Below are positions 1 to 8,413 of a DNA stretch of 58,994 nucleotides, in pieces. Numbering within the stretch: the stretch's first letter is position 1; every line of letters starts with the position of its first letter. A model generated the notes under the pieces. It had not been told where the DNA came from, ran no database searches, and worked only from the letters and a program-made list of their open reading frames with translations. This DNA comes from a virus. Lineage: Duplodnaviria > Caudoviricetes. Made by a program: the position numbers and the translations under genes. Where the stretch lies: positions 1 to 58,994 of IMG/VR virus record IMGVR_UViG_3300045778_000157; one strand, given 5' to 3'.

Positions 1-134
1 CCGCGCCAAGGTGAACCGCCCTCGTCATTACGACGTGGGGATGGTCACCGCGAGGGCCGGAGCCTCGGTTGCGGCGGGGGTGGACGGAGCCTCGGCGGGA
101 TCGACAGGCTCGGCGGCGGGGGCGGGTTCGGAGG
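1..134. repeat. Terminal direct repeat, left copy (circular overlap)
   Basis: 1-134 matches 58879-58994 except for 18 extra bp (between ctcggcgg repeats at 91-98 and 109-116) present only in this copy. Confidence 0.95.
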
Positions 135-393
135 GGGCGGACGGAGCCGCGGGGGCCGCATCGACGGAATGCGCCTCGATGAAGGCGTCAGCAGCGGCCT
201 GGAACGAGTCCAGCTTGGCGGAGACGTCGGAGAGGACGGACTGCGCGGCCTCCGAGAAGATCGATTCGGCGGTGGCTTCGGCGCCGGAAAGAGCGGCCGC
301 GGCGTGGGCCGTGCCGAGGGCCACAACGGCGTCCAGGCTGGCCTCGAACTTGGCGATCTTGGCCGAGATATCGGCGAGGGTGATGGTGGACAT
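28..393 (-). CDS. Ala/Pro-rich hypothetical late protein
   Basis: 121-aa ORF with upstream RBS (gaagggaaga), in late-operon orientation, translationally coupled to the next gene across the junction. Confidence 0.7.
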   Translation of the reverse strand: MSTITLADISAKIAKFEASLDAVVALGTAHAAAALSGAEATAESIFSEAAQSVLSDVSAKLDSFQAAADAFIEAHSVDAAPAAPSAPSEPAPAAEPVDPAEAPSTPAATEAPALAVTIPTS

Positions 394-454
394 GGTCTCT
401 TCCCTTCTGAAGGAGCGTGTAGACGGTTCTTGAACCGAGAGTCTTTTCTAGCAC

Positions 455-1039
455 TCAGGCGTTCGAAGGCCAAGCCGCGCCATCCACGTCGGCGACGGAG
501 GCTATCGAACCGCCCATGACCCCGCCGATGACGGCGGCGAGGGCGTTGAACGAGGCTTGCACGTGCGCGACCGCCGCGTTGGAGATCTGCACGATCTGCG
601 CCGCGTTCACGGTGGTGGTGGTGCCGTCGTTGTTGAGCCACGTGGACGAGTAGGCCGGATTCTGCGCCGCCAGGAGGTAGAGGCCGAGATAGTTGGTGAG
701 CGACGAGGCGGTGGTGGACACCCACACGTTCCTCGCCGCCTGTCCCGCGGGGGCGAGGTTGAGGTTGAACCCGCCCGTCTGCACGTTGCCCTCCACCCAT
801 TCCGCGTAGGCGATGAGGTCGGCGGGCATGGCCGCTTCGGGGGCGACGAGCGGGCGCGTGTCGGGAACCGCCCTGCCGTCTGCGCGCGGCGGCGGCGCGG
901 CCCCGATGCGCGCCATCGCGGGCATGTTCTGGCACGGGATGACGGAAACCCCCGCGCCGTAGGTGGACGCCGGAACCTTCTGCGACACGTCGAGGACGGC
1001 CAGCACGATGCCGCTCTTGCAATAGAGAAGGTTGAGCAT
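455..1039 (-). CDS. Tail fibre assembly-like protein (DUF4376-like), paralog 2
   Basis: 194 aa, aligns end to end with 1049..1633 (NLLYC..., ...AAWPSNA); lies just downstream of the tail fibre gene. Confidence 0.6.
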   Translation of the reverse strand: MLNLLYCKSGIVLAVLDVSQKVPASTYGAGVSVIPCQNMPAMARIGAAPPPRADGRAVPDTRPLVAPEAAMPADLIAYAEWVEGNVQTGGFNLNLAPAGQAARNVWVSTTASSLTNYLGLYLLAAQNPAYSSTWLNNDGTTTTVNAAQIVQISNAAVAHVQASFNALAAVIGGVMGGSIASVADVDGAAWPSNA

Positions 1040-1048
1040 CGCGGTTCC

Positions 1049-1633
1049 TTACGCGTTGGACGGCCAAGCCGCCGCGTCGATCTCGGCGAGGGTGGTGACG
1101 GTTCCCGCCGCGATGGCCGCGTTCACCGCCGCGAGGGTTCCGAACGACGCCTGGACGAGCCCAGAGGCCGAGGTGGCGACGGTGGCGATCTGCGCGGCGG
1201 TGAGCGTGAGGCTCGTCCCGTCCGCGTTCACCCAGTTCGTCGTGTAGGCCGCGTTGCCCGCCGCCAGAAGGTAGAGGCCCGTGTAGTTCGTCAGGTCGCC
1301 CTGCGTGGTGTTCACGCGGACGTTCTGCGCGGGCGCGCCGGAGGCCGCGACGTTCACCGTGAGGCCTCCCTGAGCCGCCACGGACTGCCGATAGGAGGCG
1401 TAGGACGAAAGTTCCGCCTCCGTAAGGGCGGCGGGGAGGATGAACGGGCGCATGTCCGGCAATGGCCTTCCGTCCGCCCGCGCCGCAGGGGCCGTCCCGA
1501 AGCGCAGGAGCGTCGAGAGGTCGTCCCAAGGCACGATGGACACGCCGTCGCCGTAGGCCGAGGCCGGGACGCCCTGCCCCGCCTCATGCGTCGCCAGGAC
1601 GAGTCCGGCCGAGTTGCAATAGAGCAAGTTCAT
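1049..1633 (-). CDS. Tail fibre assembly-like protein (DUF4376-like), paralog 1
   Basis: 194 aa; C-terminal WVNADG...LTAAQI...TTLAEIDAAAW pattern typical of fibre-adjacent DUF4376-type proteins. Confidence 0.6.
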   Translation of the reverse strand: MNLLYCNSAGLVLATHEAGQGVPASAYGDGVSIVPWDDLSTLLRFGTAPAARADGRPLPDMRPFILPAALTEAELSSYASYRQSVAAQGGLTVNVAASGAPAQNVRVNTTQGDLTNYTGLYLLAAGNAAYTTNWVNADGTSLTLTAAQIATVATSASGLVQASFGTLAAVNAAIAAGTVTTLAEIDAAAWPSNA

Positions 1634-1643
1634 GGTTCGATCC

Positions 1644-3386
1644 TCAGTATTGGATGTAGGAGCCGCTCGAAGAGAGCGTGTTGAACGCCGGGGCCGCCTG
1701 GGCGGCGGCGCCGGTGCAGCCGCCGCCCGTCGCGTAGATGTTCGACGCGCCGAAGGCGGCGTAGCCGTTGATCCCGTTGCCGGATCCGAGGGTGTTGAGC
1801 GCGCTCATCGACCCGCAGTTCCACACGTTGAACCCGGCGAAGGCGTTTCCCGACGCGGTGGAGTAGTCCACCGAGACGCAGGCCGAGAAGTAGGCCGAGA
1901 AGCCGCAGCCGCCGTTGTTGACCGCCGAGGCGTAGTGGCAATCGATGCCGCCGAGGGCCAGAGCGGCGAATCCGTTGGTGTTGTTGCCGGAGGCGTAGAC
2001 GACGAGCGGAGTCCCGCCGAACGTCGGCTGATACGACGACATGGTGCCGCCGTCATCGACGATGAAGCCGTCCACGCCGTTGCCGTAGGCGCCGACCGTC
2101 GTGCCGAACGACATGTGCGAGTTGCCCGACGCGACGAAGCCCTGCCAGCCGTTCGCGCAGGAGAAGGTCGGGTTGTTGGCGAAGTAGATCTGCCCGCCGG
2201 ACTGGGCGACTATGCCGATGAACTGCGCGCCATGGACAGCGCAGCCGTCGATTGTCGTGATCTTCGAGCCGCCGGGACCGCCGTCAGAAATGATGAGGTG
2301 GTTCTGTGTCGATCCGTCCGAGGTGAACAGGATGTTCCTGAGGCTGACGCCTCGGATCCACACCGCCGCGCCAGCGCCGGAGAAGCGAAGCTCGGTGGCG
2401 AAGCGGCTCCTGAACATCGCCAAATTCGAGGCGGCGTCGTTGGACCTCTGCAAGGCGGAATAGCCCGTCACGGTGATATCGGTGTGCTGCACCGCCGCGC
2501 CGGACATGGGGGCGCCATTGACGAGGATGCGGTCCGAGTTCGTGTGGTTGATGTTGGTGTTGGTGTTGTAGACGAATTGCCCCGCCGCCAGCTGGAACGT
2601 CACGTAGCCGCTGTTGGTGATGGTGTAGGCCGAGAGCCAGGTGAACGCCGCGTTGAGGTCGGCGAAGTCGGCTCCGGCGCCGCCGATGGTCTTGGTGATG
2701 CCGGTGGCGATCTGGAAGCTCGTCGCCGTGATCGGCTCGATGAACGGCGCCGTCGAGGCCATGGCGATGTTCGCCGACGTGATGGTGGTCTGTCCGTTGG
2801 CGACGGTGACGAGCCAGAGCGGGACATAGCCGACGTCGGCGGCGGGCGCGACTTGGCTCCCCGTCGCGGCGGGCGTCCCGGCCTTGACCTGCATGGCGCA
2901 CACGCCCTGCCGGACGGTGGGCTGCGAGATCCCGTTGCCGCCCTGTCCCTGAAGCGCGGGGCCGGTGGGGTTCGCCGCGTTCACGTAGGACAGGAGGGCC
3001 GCGCCGCTGTCGACCTCGGAATACTGCGCCTCGATGAGGTAGACGATGCTCTGTCCGGCCGCGGCGGGCGCGGCGAGGGCGAACGTCTGCGTGGCGAGGT
3101 TCAAGCCCTGCTTGACGACGACGGTCGAATCCGTTCCGAGCGCGCCGTAGGGGTTCGCGTCCGCCACCGATTCGGCGAAGATCGCGCCCTCGCCGACCGT
3201 CACGGACATGGTGGGCGGACTCGTCGGCGCGCAGAGAAGCCCCGTGGCCTGGGTGGTGAAGGACTGCCCCTGGTTGCCGAGCAACGCCTTCGCGAGGAAC
3301 CCGAGTCCGAAGAGGTTGGCCTTGGCCTGTTTCAGGAGGGAACTCACGGGCATCTGCTGCCCGGGATACCAAAATTGACGATCCAT
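1644..3386 (-). CDS. Tail fibre/spike with probable C-terminal beta-helix
   Basis: 580 aa after the baseplate genes; N-terminal MDRQFWYPGQ...PAADVGYVPLWLVTVANGQTTI attachment region; repeated (N/G)xxNGF motifs in the C-terminus. Confidence 0.8.
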   Translation of the reverse strand: MDRQFWYPGQQMPVSSLLKQAKANLFGLGFLAKALLGNQGQSFTTQATGLLCAPTSPPTMSVTVGEGAIFAESVADANPYGALGTDSTVVVKQGLNLATQTFALAAPAAAGQSIVYLIEAQYSEVDSGAALLSYVNAANPTGPALQGQGGNGISQPTVRQGVCAMQVKAGTPAATGSQVAPAADVGYVPLWLVTVANGQTTITSANIAMASTAPFIEPITATSFQIATGITKTIGGAGADFADLNAAFTWLSAYTITNSGYVTFQLAAGQFVYNTNTNINHTNSDRILVNGAPMSGAAVQHTDITVTGYSALQRSNDAASNLAMFRSRFATELRFSGAGAAVWIRGVSLRNILFTSDGSTQNHLIISDGGPGGSKITTIDGCAVHGAQFIGIVAQSGGQIYFANNPTFSCANGWQGFVASGNSHMSFGTTVGAYGNGVDGFIVDDGGTMSSYQPTFGGTPLVVYASGNNTNGFAALALGGIDCHYASAVNNGGCGFSAYFSACVSVDYSTASGNAFAGFNVWNCGSMSALNTLGSGNGINGYAAFGASNIYATGGGCTGAAAQAAPAFNTLSSSGSYIQY

Positions 3387-3404
3387 GAATCGGTTCCCCG
3401 TTTC

Positions 3405-4253
3405 TTAAGTTAGCAGAACCCACGCGACGGTTCCTGTCGGGCGCGTCATGTTGATAGCGTCGTAGATAGCATCGTCGGACACGTCCACGCTAGGCTCGTC
3501 GGGGATGAGGCCGAAGGCGAAACCCTCCACGGCTTGCAGCGTCGTCGGCGCGGTGTTGCCGTCCGCGATGTCGAGGCCGTTCACGAACGAATCCACCGCC
3601 ACCGTCTGCTCCGACTGCGGCTCCGTGGCGTTGGCCGTGTCCACCCCGAATATCAGTGAATCGACGGCCGGAACCTGATCGACGAGATACACCGTGGCGT
3701 CGCCTTCGATGGAGCCGAGCGCGACGGATCCGGAGAAGTCGCCGTCCGCGATCAGCCCGCCGAACCCTGGCAAGCCCGTCTGCGGGCGGTTGGCCGAAAT
3801 CAGGCACTGGTGGTTCAACGCCACGTCGCCCGCGATCGAGAAGTCGCAGTAGAACCCCGCGTCGAGCCCGCCGGAGAACTGCGCGTCCCACAGTTCGAAG
3901 ATCGTGGGGGAAATTCCCGTGATGTTCTCGATGACGGAGGCCATGCCGCGCTTCGTCACGCGCTCCTGGATCAGGTTCGCCAGAATGACGGCGCGGAATC
4001 CGGCGTCGGACTGCCCCTGCGCCCGCTGGACGCGGCGCCCGAAGAAGTCGAGGGCCACGAGGTCGAGCCAGAAGCCAGTTGCGGTGCGGATGCGCGATTG
4101 CGTCTTCGCGTCGGTCAGCGCGTCCACCACGCCGCCGATGGCCGCTTCCGGCCCCGCGAGGAAGGCGCGGAGGTTCGGCGCGTCGGCGGGGATGGGAAAC
4201 CACCCCTTCGGCATGAGGCTCCACAGCCTCTCATGGAACGTCATGTAGCCCAT
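3405..4253 (-). CDS. Baseplate wedge protein (P2 gpI/Mu gp48-like position)
   Basis: Start inferred at MGYMTF, overlapping the baseplate J stop; TATGFWLDLVALDFFG...SDAGFRAVI motif. Confidence 0.7.
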   Translation of the reverse strand: MGYMTFHERLWSLMPKGWFPIPADAPNLRAFLAGPEAAIGGVVDALTDAKTQSRIRTATGFWLDLVALDFFGRRVQRAQGQSDAGFRAVILANLIQERVTKRGMASVIENITGISPTIFELWDAQFSGGLDAGFYCDFSIAGDVALNHQCLISANRPQTGLPGFGGLIADGDFSGSVALGSIEGDATVYLVDQVPAVDSLIFGVDTANATEPQSEQTVAVDSFVNGLDIADGNTAPTTLQAVEGFAFGLIPDEPSVDVSDDAIYDAINMTRPTGTVAWVLLT

Positions 4254-5392
4254 CAGGACACCGCCACCATGGAGGTCGTGGTCTTGAGCGTCTGCGAGGG
4301 GACCGCCGCGACGTTCGCCGCCTCGCCGTTCACGCCGTTGACCGTCAGGTCCATCACGCCAGTGACGCCAGGGACGGCCCGCGCCGCCGTGTAGACGTCG
4401 CCCCACGCGCAGCCCGCGCCGAGGCCGAGGCCGTTCACGTATTTCGCCACGGCGGCGGCGACGTTGGCGCACACGGTGGAGTGGACGAAGCCCGTGGCGT
4501 TGGTGACGATCATGGCGACGTTGAGAAGCCGCGTCGTCGGGCCGATGACGGCGCATCGCACCGTGAGCGGGCGCACCGTCTGCACCGCGGCCATCACGTT
4601 GTCGAGGTAGGATTGGCTCGGCGAACCCGTTGCGTCGTCGGCGACGACGTAGAAGAACCCCGGGCACCACACCCCGTCCACGGAGTAGTTTTCGACCACG
4701 AAATACTGGAGGCCGTTGAGGTTGGTGGCCGAGTCGAGCGCGTATTGGAGGCCGAACAGGTCGCCCCGCGACAGGCCGATGATGTATTGCTGGAACCGCG
4801 TCCTGAAGTCGGCGTCCGACTCGGCGTCGGCACCTCCCGTGAACGCCGCCGCGTTCGTCACCTGATCCGCCCCGGGGACGGACTGGTAGAGGCTCGTCAC
4901 GGTTCCGGCGACGACGTTGGAGGACGCCGCCGGAACGAGCGCGGCGGCGGGAACGACGAGGGTTCCGACTCCCGGAACGAAGGCGTATCCCGCCCCCGTC
5001 CAGTTCGCGTTGGACGGGTCGGCGGTGACGGCGAACTGGACGCCCTGCGCGGTCTGCACGATTGAGCCGACAGGGACGAGCGGCTGCGACGAGTTCACGG
5101 CGAAGCGGGTGAACGTCAGTTGCCCAGTCGAGGCGAATCCGGCGATGCGGGTGAGGCCGAAGTCGGCCATCCATGAATCGAGATCCCCGGCCTTAGACGT
5201 CGCGGCCCGCGTCGTCGCCAGCAAGGCCCATATCTGGGCGTAGAGCCACAGGGCGACTCCGGCGACGGCCTCGGCGAAGGCGCGCAGCACGGAGCCGACC
5301 GAGAAGTCGAGGACGACGTTGGCGGAGTCCTGAGCCGCCGCCGTCTGATCGGACACGATGGTGTCGAAGGTCTTCGGGGTGAGGTTCGCCAT
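4253..5392 (-). CDS. Baseplate J-like protein
   Basis: 379 aa; GSVLRAFAEA, DLDSWMADFGLTR, FTGGADAESDADFRTR motifs. Confidence 0.9.
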   Translation of the reverse strand: MANLTPKTFDTIVSDQTAAAQDSANVVLDFSVGSVLRAFAEAVAGVALWLYAQIWALLATTRAATSKAGDLDSWMADFGLTRIAGFASTGQLTFTRFAVNSSQPLVPVGSIVQTAQGVQFAVTADPSNANWTGAGYAFVPGVGTLVVPAAALVPAASSNVVAGTVTSLYQSVPGADQVTNAAAFTGGADAESDADFRTRFQQYIIGLSRGDLFGLQYALDSATNLNGLQYFVVENYSVDGVWCPGFFYVVADDATGSPSQSYLDNVMAAVQTVRPLTVRCAVIGPTTRLLNVAMIVTNATGFVHSTVCANVAAAVAKYVNGLGLGAGCAWGDVYTAARAVPGVTGVMDLTVNGVNGEAANVAAVPSQTLKTTTSMVAVS

Positions 5393-5401
5393 CGTGGTTC
5401 C

Positions 5402-5767
5402 TTACTGCGTCGCGTCGAACGAGAGGGTCTTCTGCTTGCCCGTGCCTGAATCGTAATAGAGGATGGTGCAGGACACCCCGTTGAGTATCTGCGTAACCGT
5501 AATTTTCGGGGGAGGCGAGGCCGCGACGGAAGCCTCCTGCTTGATCTGCGCCCGGATGAACGAGGCCACCACAGAGACGGCGTAGGGCTTGCCGACCATC
5601 TGCGGAACCCCCGCGCCGTAGGTGAGGTGCCACAGGTAGCCCTTCACCGCCGTGAGAAGCCGCCGGATGATTCTTTGGCGCCCGAGGTCCACGCCGTCGT
5701 TGGTGAGCAAGTCGTTGGTCGCGGACAGTTGCAAGTCCTGTCCGAATTCGTGGGAAAGGTCGGGCAT
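5402..5767 (-). CDS. Baseplate wedge/sheath initiator (gp25/GP46-like)
   Basis: 121 aa between spike and baseplate J; QRIIRRLLT...YLWHLTYGAG motif. Confidence 0.75.
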   Translation of the reverse strand: MPDLSHEFGQDLQLSATNDLLTNDGVDLGRQRIIRRLLTAVKGYLWHLTYGAGVPQMVGKPYAVSVVASFIRAQIKQEASVAASPPPKITVTQILNGVSCTILYYDSGTGKQKTLSFDATQ

Positions 5768-5771
5768 CGCG

Positions 5772-6395
5772 TCATCCGCTGGTGAAAAGTTGCGTCGAGT
5801 CCGTGTCGTCCGACAGCCTCACCGCGATGCTAGCACCCGCCCCGCCGATCCGCACCGTTCCGCCCCCATGGTGCGTCTGAAACCCCGTCTCGTCCGTGGT
5901 CACCACGCCGCCCGCCGTGAACGACGCGCCGGCGCCGGACGTGTGCGCCACGACGATGTTCGAGCCGTCTATCGTCACGGAGCCAGCGGCAGAGTTGGAG
6001 ACGGTGATTTTCCCGTCCTTGTCCATGAAGATCTGCGCTCCGCCGGCGCCCCTCATCGCGCCCTCTCCCGCTTCGAGGCCCATCGGCGTGTCCTCGTCGG
6101 AGTGGACCCAGTGCGTGACGTGCCACGATTCGGGGTCGCCTTCCTGCCCGACGAGCATCGCCTGATCGCCGATGCGCGGCGCCATGGACAGCCCGCACCC
6201 CTTGCCGGCTGACGGCGCGCCGACGTGGACCCACCCAGTCGGGACGCTCTTCGGCATGAGGTTGAACTTCGCCGAGTGGGTGGTTTTATCCCACGACGTG
6301 ACGATGCCGAGCGTCGGGCGCGGCGTCATTTCGCTCACGACGAGTTCCACCTGGGCGCGCACGTAGTTCCAAAAGGTTTCGAGGCCTTGCATCAC
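5772..6395 (-). CDS. Baseplate central spike (gpV-like)
   Basis: OB-fold-like N-terminus (GIVTSWD...TGWV...PRIGDQA) followed by beta-rich repeats. Confidence 0.8.
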   Translation of the reverse strand: MMQGLETFWNYVRAQVELVVSEMTPRPTLGIVTSWDKTTHSAKFNLMPKSVPTGWVHVGAPSAGKGCGLSMAPRIGDQAMLVGQEGDPESWHVTHWVHSDEDTPMGLEAGEGAMRGAGGAQIFMDKDGKITVSNSAAGSVTIDGSNIVVAHTSGAGASFTAGGVVTTDETGFQTHHGGGTVRIGGAGASIAVRLSDDTDSTQLFTSG

Positions 6396-7444
6396 GTCTG
6401 CTTCCTCCCGGGCTTCTGGTTCTTCGCCTCGATGGACATGCGGAGGCCGTCGCCGACCGAGAACGCTACGGAGTCGATGTAATAGGTGCTGTCCACCGTT
6501 CCGGCGCCGACGAGCTTAAGCCGCATCTGCGGCGAGATCGTCAGGTCGCCCACCATGGACAGGCTGATCCCGTTCTCGTGGCGGGCGAGTTTCTTGGCGT
6601 TCTTCTTCGCCCGCTTGTCCGCCTGTTGCTGCGTGAGGTTCGGCACGTGCTCCTCGTGCACCGCCTCGTTGCCGTCGCCCGACACCGTGGACGAGGAATC
6701 GACCTGCTTCTTCTGCTTCGAGTGCCACGAATGGACCTTGGCCGTCACCGTCTTTCCGGCGCCGAGTTCCTTCTTCACGGTGAGGTCCATGAAGTCGCCA
6801 CGCGCCATCGAAAGCGGCGTCGGCGCCTGATAGCGCACCACGTAAAGCGGATCCTTGTCGTCGTCGGCGTTCTTGAAATAGAGCGTGTCGCCCGACAGCC
6901 ACGCGTCCACGCCCTCTTCCTCGGCGAGGCGTTGGACGAGGTGCCAGTCGGACTTGCCGTTGGGCTGCACCACCTGATCGATGTGGTGGATTTTTCCCGC
7001 CACGGAGGACGTGTCGGCGCCCGCGTCGAACTGGACTTGCCAGCCGTGTTTCGCGGCGATTTCCGACACCACCTGGCGCGAGGTGTGGTTCGGATACTGC
7101 GTGTCGGAACGGCTCTCGATGGCCTTTTTGTCGTTGTTGCGCGCCGAAATTGAGGCCGTCTGCGCGAGGAACTTGAGTTCGATGCTGTCGATCGGCACCG
7201 ACAGCATCCGCCGCGTGTTCCGCCCGTCCGACAGGACGAGGGTCGCCTTGTTCTTCGACGTCAGGGCGTTCCACCAATCGGCGTTCACCTTCTCGCCCCA
7301 GTGCAGCGGGCACTCGGCGGAGAGCGAGTCGCTTGAGGCGAGTTTCGACAGGGTGCAGGAGGCCGAGCCGCACGGGATCTTCTCGCCGATGACTTCCAGC
7401 CACGCCGTGATGATGCGCGAGGTGTTACTTGAAGGCGCCGCCAT
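6392..7444 (-). CDS. Baseplate hub / late control D-like protein
   Basis: 350 aa; SDWHLVQRLAEEEG...GDTLYF and YYIDSVAFS motifs; synteny. Confidence 0.8.
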   Translation of the reverse strand: MAAPSSNTSRIITAWLEVIGEKIPCGSASCTLSKLASSDSLSAECPLHWGEKVNADWWNALTSKNKATLVLSDGRNTRRMLSVPIDSIELKFLAQTASISARNNDKKAIESRSDTQYPNHTSRQVVSEIAAKHGWQVQFDAGADTSSVAGKIHHIDQVVQPNGKSDWHLVQRLAEEEGVDAWLSGDTLYFKNADDDKDPLYVVRYQAPTPLSMARGDFMDLTVKKELGAGKTVTAKVHSWHSKQKKQVDSSSTVSGDGNEAVHEEHVPNLTQQQADKRAKKNAKKLARHENGISLSMVGDLTISPQMRLKLVGAGTVDSTYYIDSVAFSVGDGLRMSIEAKNQKPGRKQT

Positions 7445-7661
7445 TGGACACAGACCTCTTCTGCGGGATGATGAGTGTTACCGTTCCCGCGATCCATGGG
7501 TCGACGAAGCCGGAGGCCGTCATGCCGTTCACCACGGACGGGTTCGCCTTGGCGATCCTGTCCCATTGCGTCGCGTCTCCGAGGTGGTCCGCCGCCACCT
7601 GGAAGAGCGACGTGTTGGAGACGGTGACGACGAGGGTCGGGGTGGCCGTCTGGATCGTCAT
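7425..7661 (-). CDS. LysM/tail X-like small baseplate protein
   Basis: Start inferred at MTIQT; SLFQVAADHLGDATQWDRIAKAN...TLIIP motif. Confidence 0.75.
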   Translation of the reverse strand: MTIQTATPTLVVTVSNTSLFQVAADHLGDATQWDRIAKANPSVVNGMTASGFVDPWIAGTVTLIIPQKRSVSNGGAFK

Positions 7662-8410
7662 ATCGTGTTCTCCAACAGGTTCACCCCGATGCGGGTGACG
7701 ACGGCCCCGGCGGACAGGAGGTTCACGCCCTCCGCCATGCCGGACGGAAGGCCGCTTATCGCGGCGGCGAGGGCCAGCGAGTCGGACGGCTGCGCGATGC
7801 CGAAGGCGTAGGCCGGAGCCTCTGCCGAAGCCAGGCATTGCGCGACAAGAGCCGCCAGAGACACGCTCTGAGCGTAGAGGTCTTCAATGACGGACACGGC
7901 GGCGTTGGCGAGGCTTCCTGCGGCCGCGACGGCATCGGAAAGATCTTGGATGCCATTGAGGACGGCCTCCGTGGTTATGGGCAGTTGCTGGAGGTCGTAG
8001 ACGTCCTGCCCGACGAGCGAATCCACCGAGTCGGAACCCACGTCGTTCAAGCCGCCGTCGTCCACGACCATGACGGTGATTTTGTAGGGGATCTCGTAGG
8101 CTTTTTCCCACTCCGGCTCGAACTTGGTGACGATGACGGAGAACGACAGCCCGCCCCACAGGAGGGGAACGGCGGCGCCGGCCTTCGCCATGGCCTCGAT
8201 GGCGAGGGCGCGGTCCAACGCCTCGCCCCCCCTGAAGCGGCCCTCCCACGACACGTCGGAGCGGTCGAAGCCCATCGCGTCGGCCACGCGCAAGCCGCCG
8301 ATGAGTTGGCTCTTCGACACCTTCTGTTCGCCAGAGAACGGCCCGATCTTGGCGGGGATCTCGAAGTCGCGGAAGGCGAAGCTGCCGAGGATGAGGGTGA
8401 AGTCCGACAT
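7658..8410 (-). CDS. Tail tube initiator (GpU-like)
   Basis: 250 aa following the tape measure; LGSFAFRDFEIP...WEGRF...PLLWG pattern. Confidence 0.65.
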   Translation of the reverse strand: MSDFTLILGSFAFRDFEIPAKIGPFSGEQKVSKSQLIGGLRVADAMGFDRSDVSWEGRFRGGEALDRALAIEAMAKAGAAVPLLWGGLSFSVIVTKFEPEWEKAYEIPYKITVMVVDDGGLNDVGSDSVDSLVGQDVYDLQQLPITTEAVLNGIQDLSDAVAAAGSLANAAVSVIEDLYAQSVSLAALVAQCLASAEAPAYAFGIAQPSDSLALAAAISGLPSGMAEGVNLLSAGAVVTRIGVNLLENTI

Positions 8411-8413
8411 GGC

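Noticed and set aside
455-1633. Diversity-generating retroelement TR/VR pair
   Set aside because: No reverse transcriptase in the genome; differences between the paralogs are widespread and not adenine-specific
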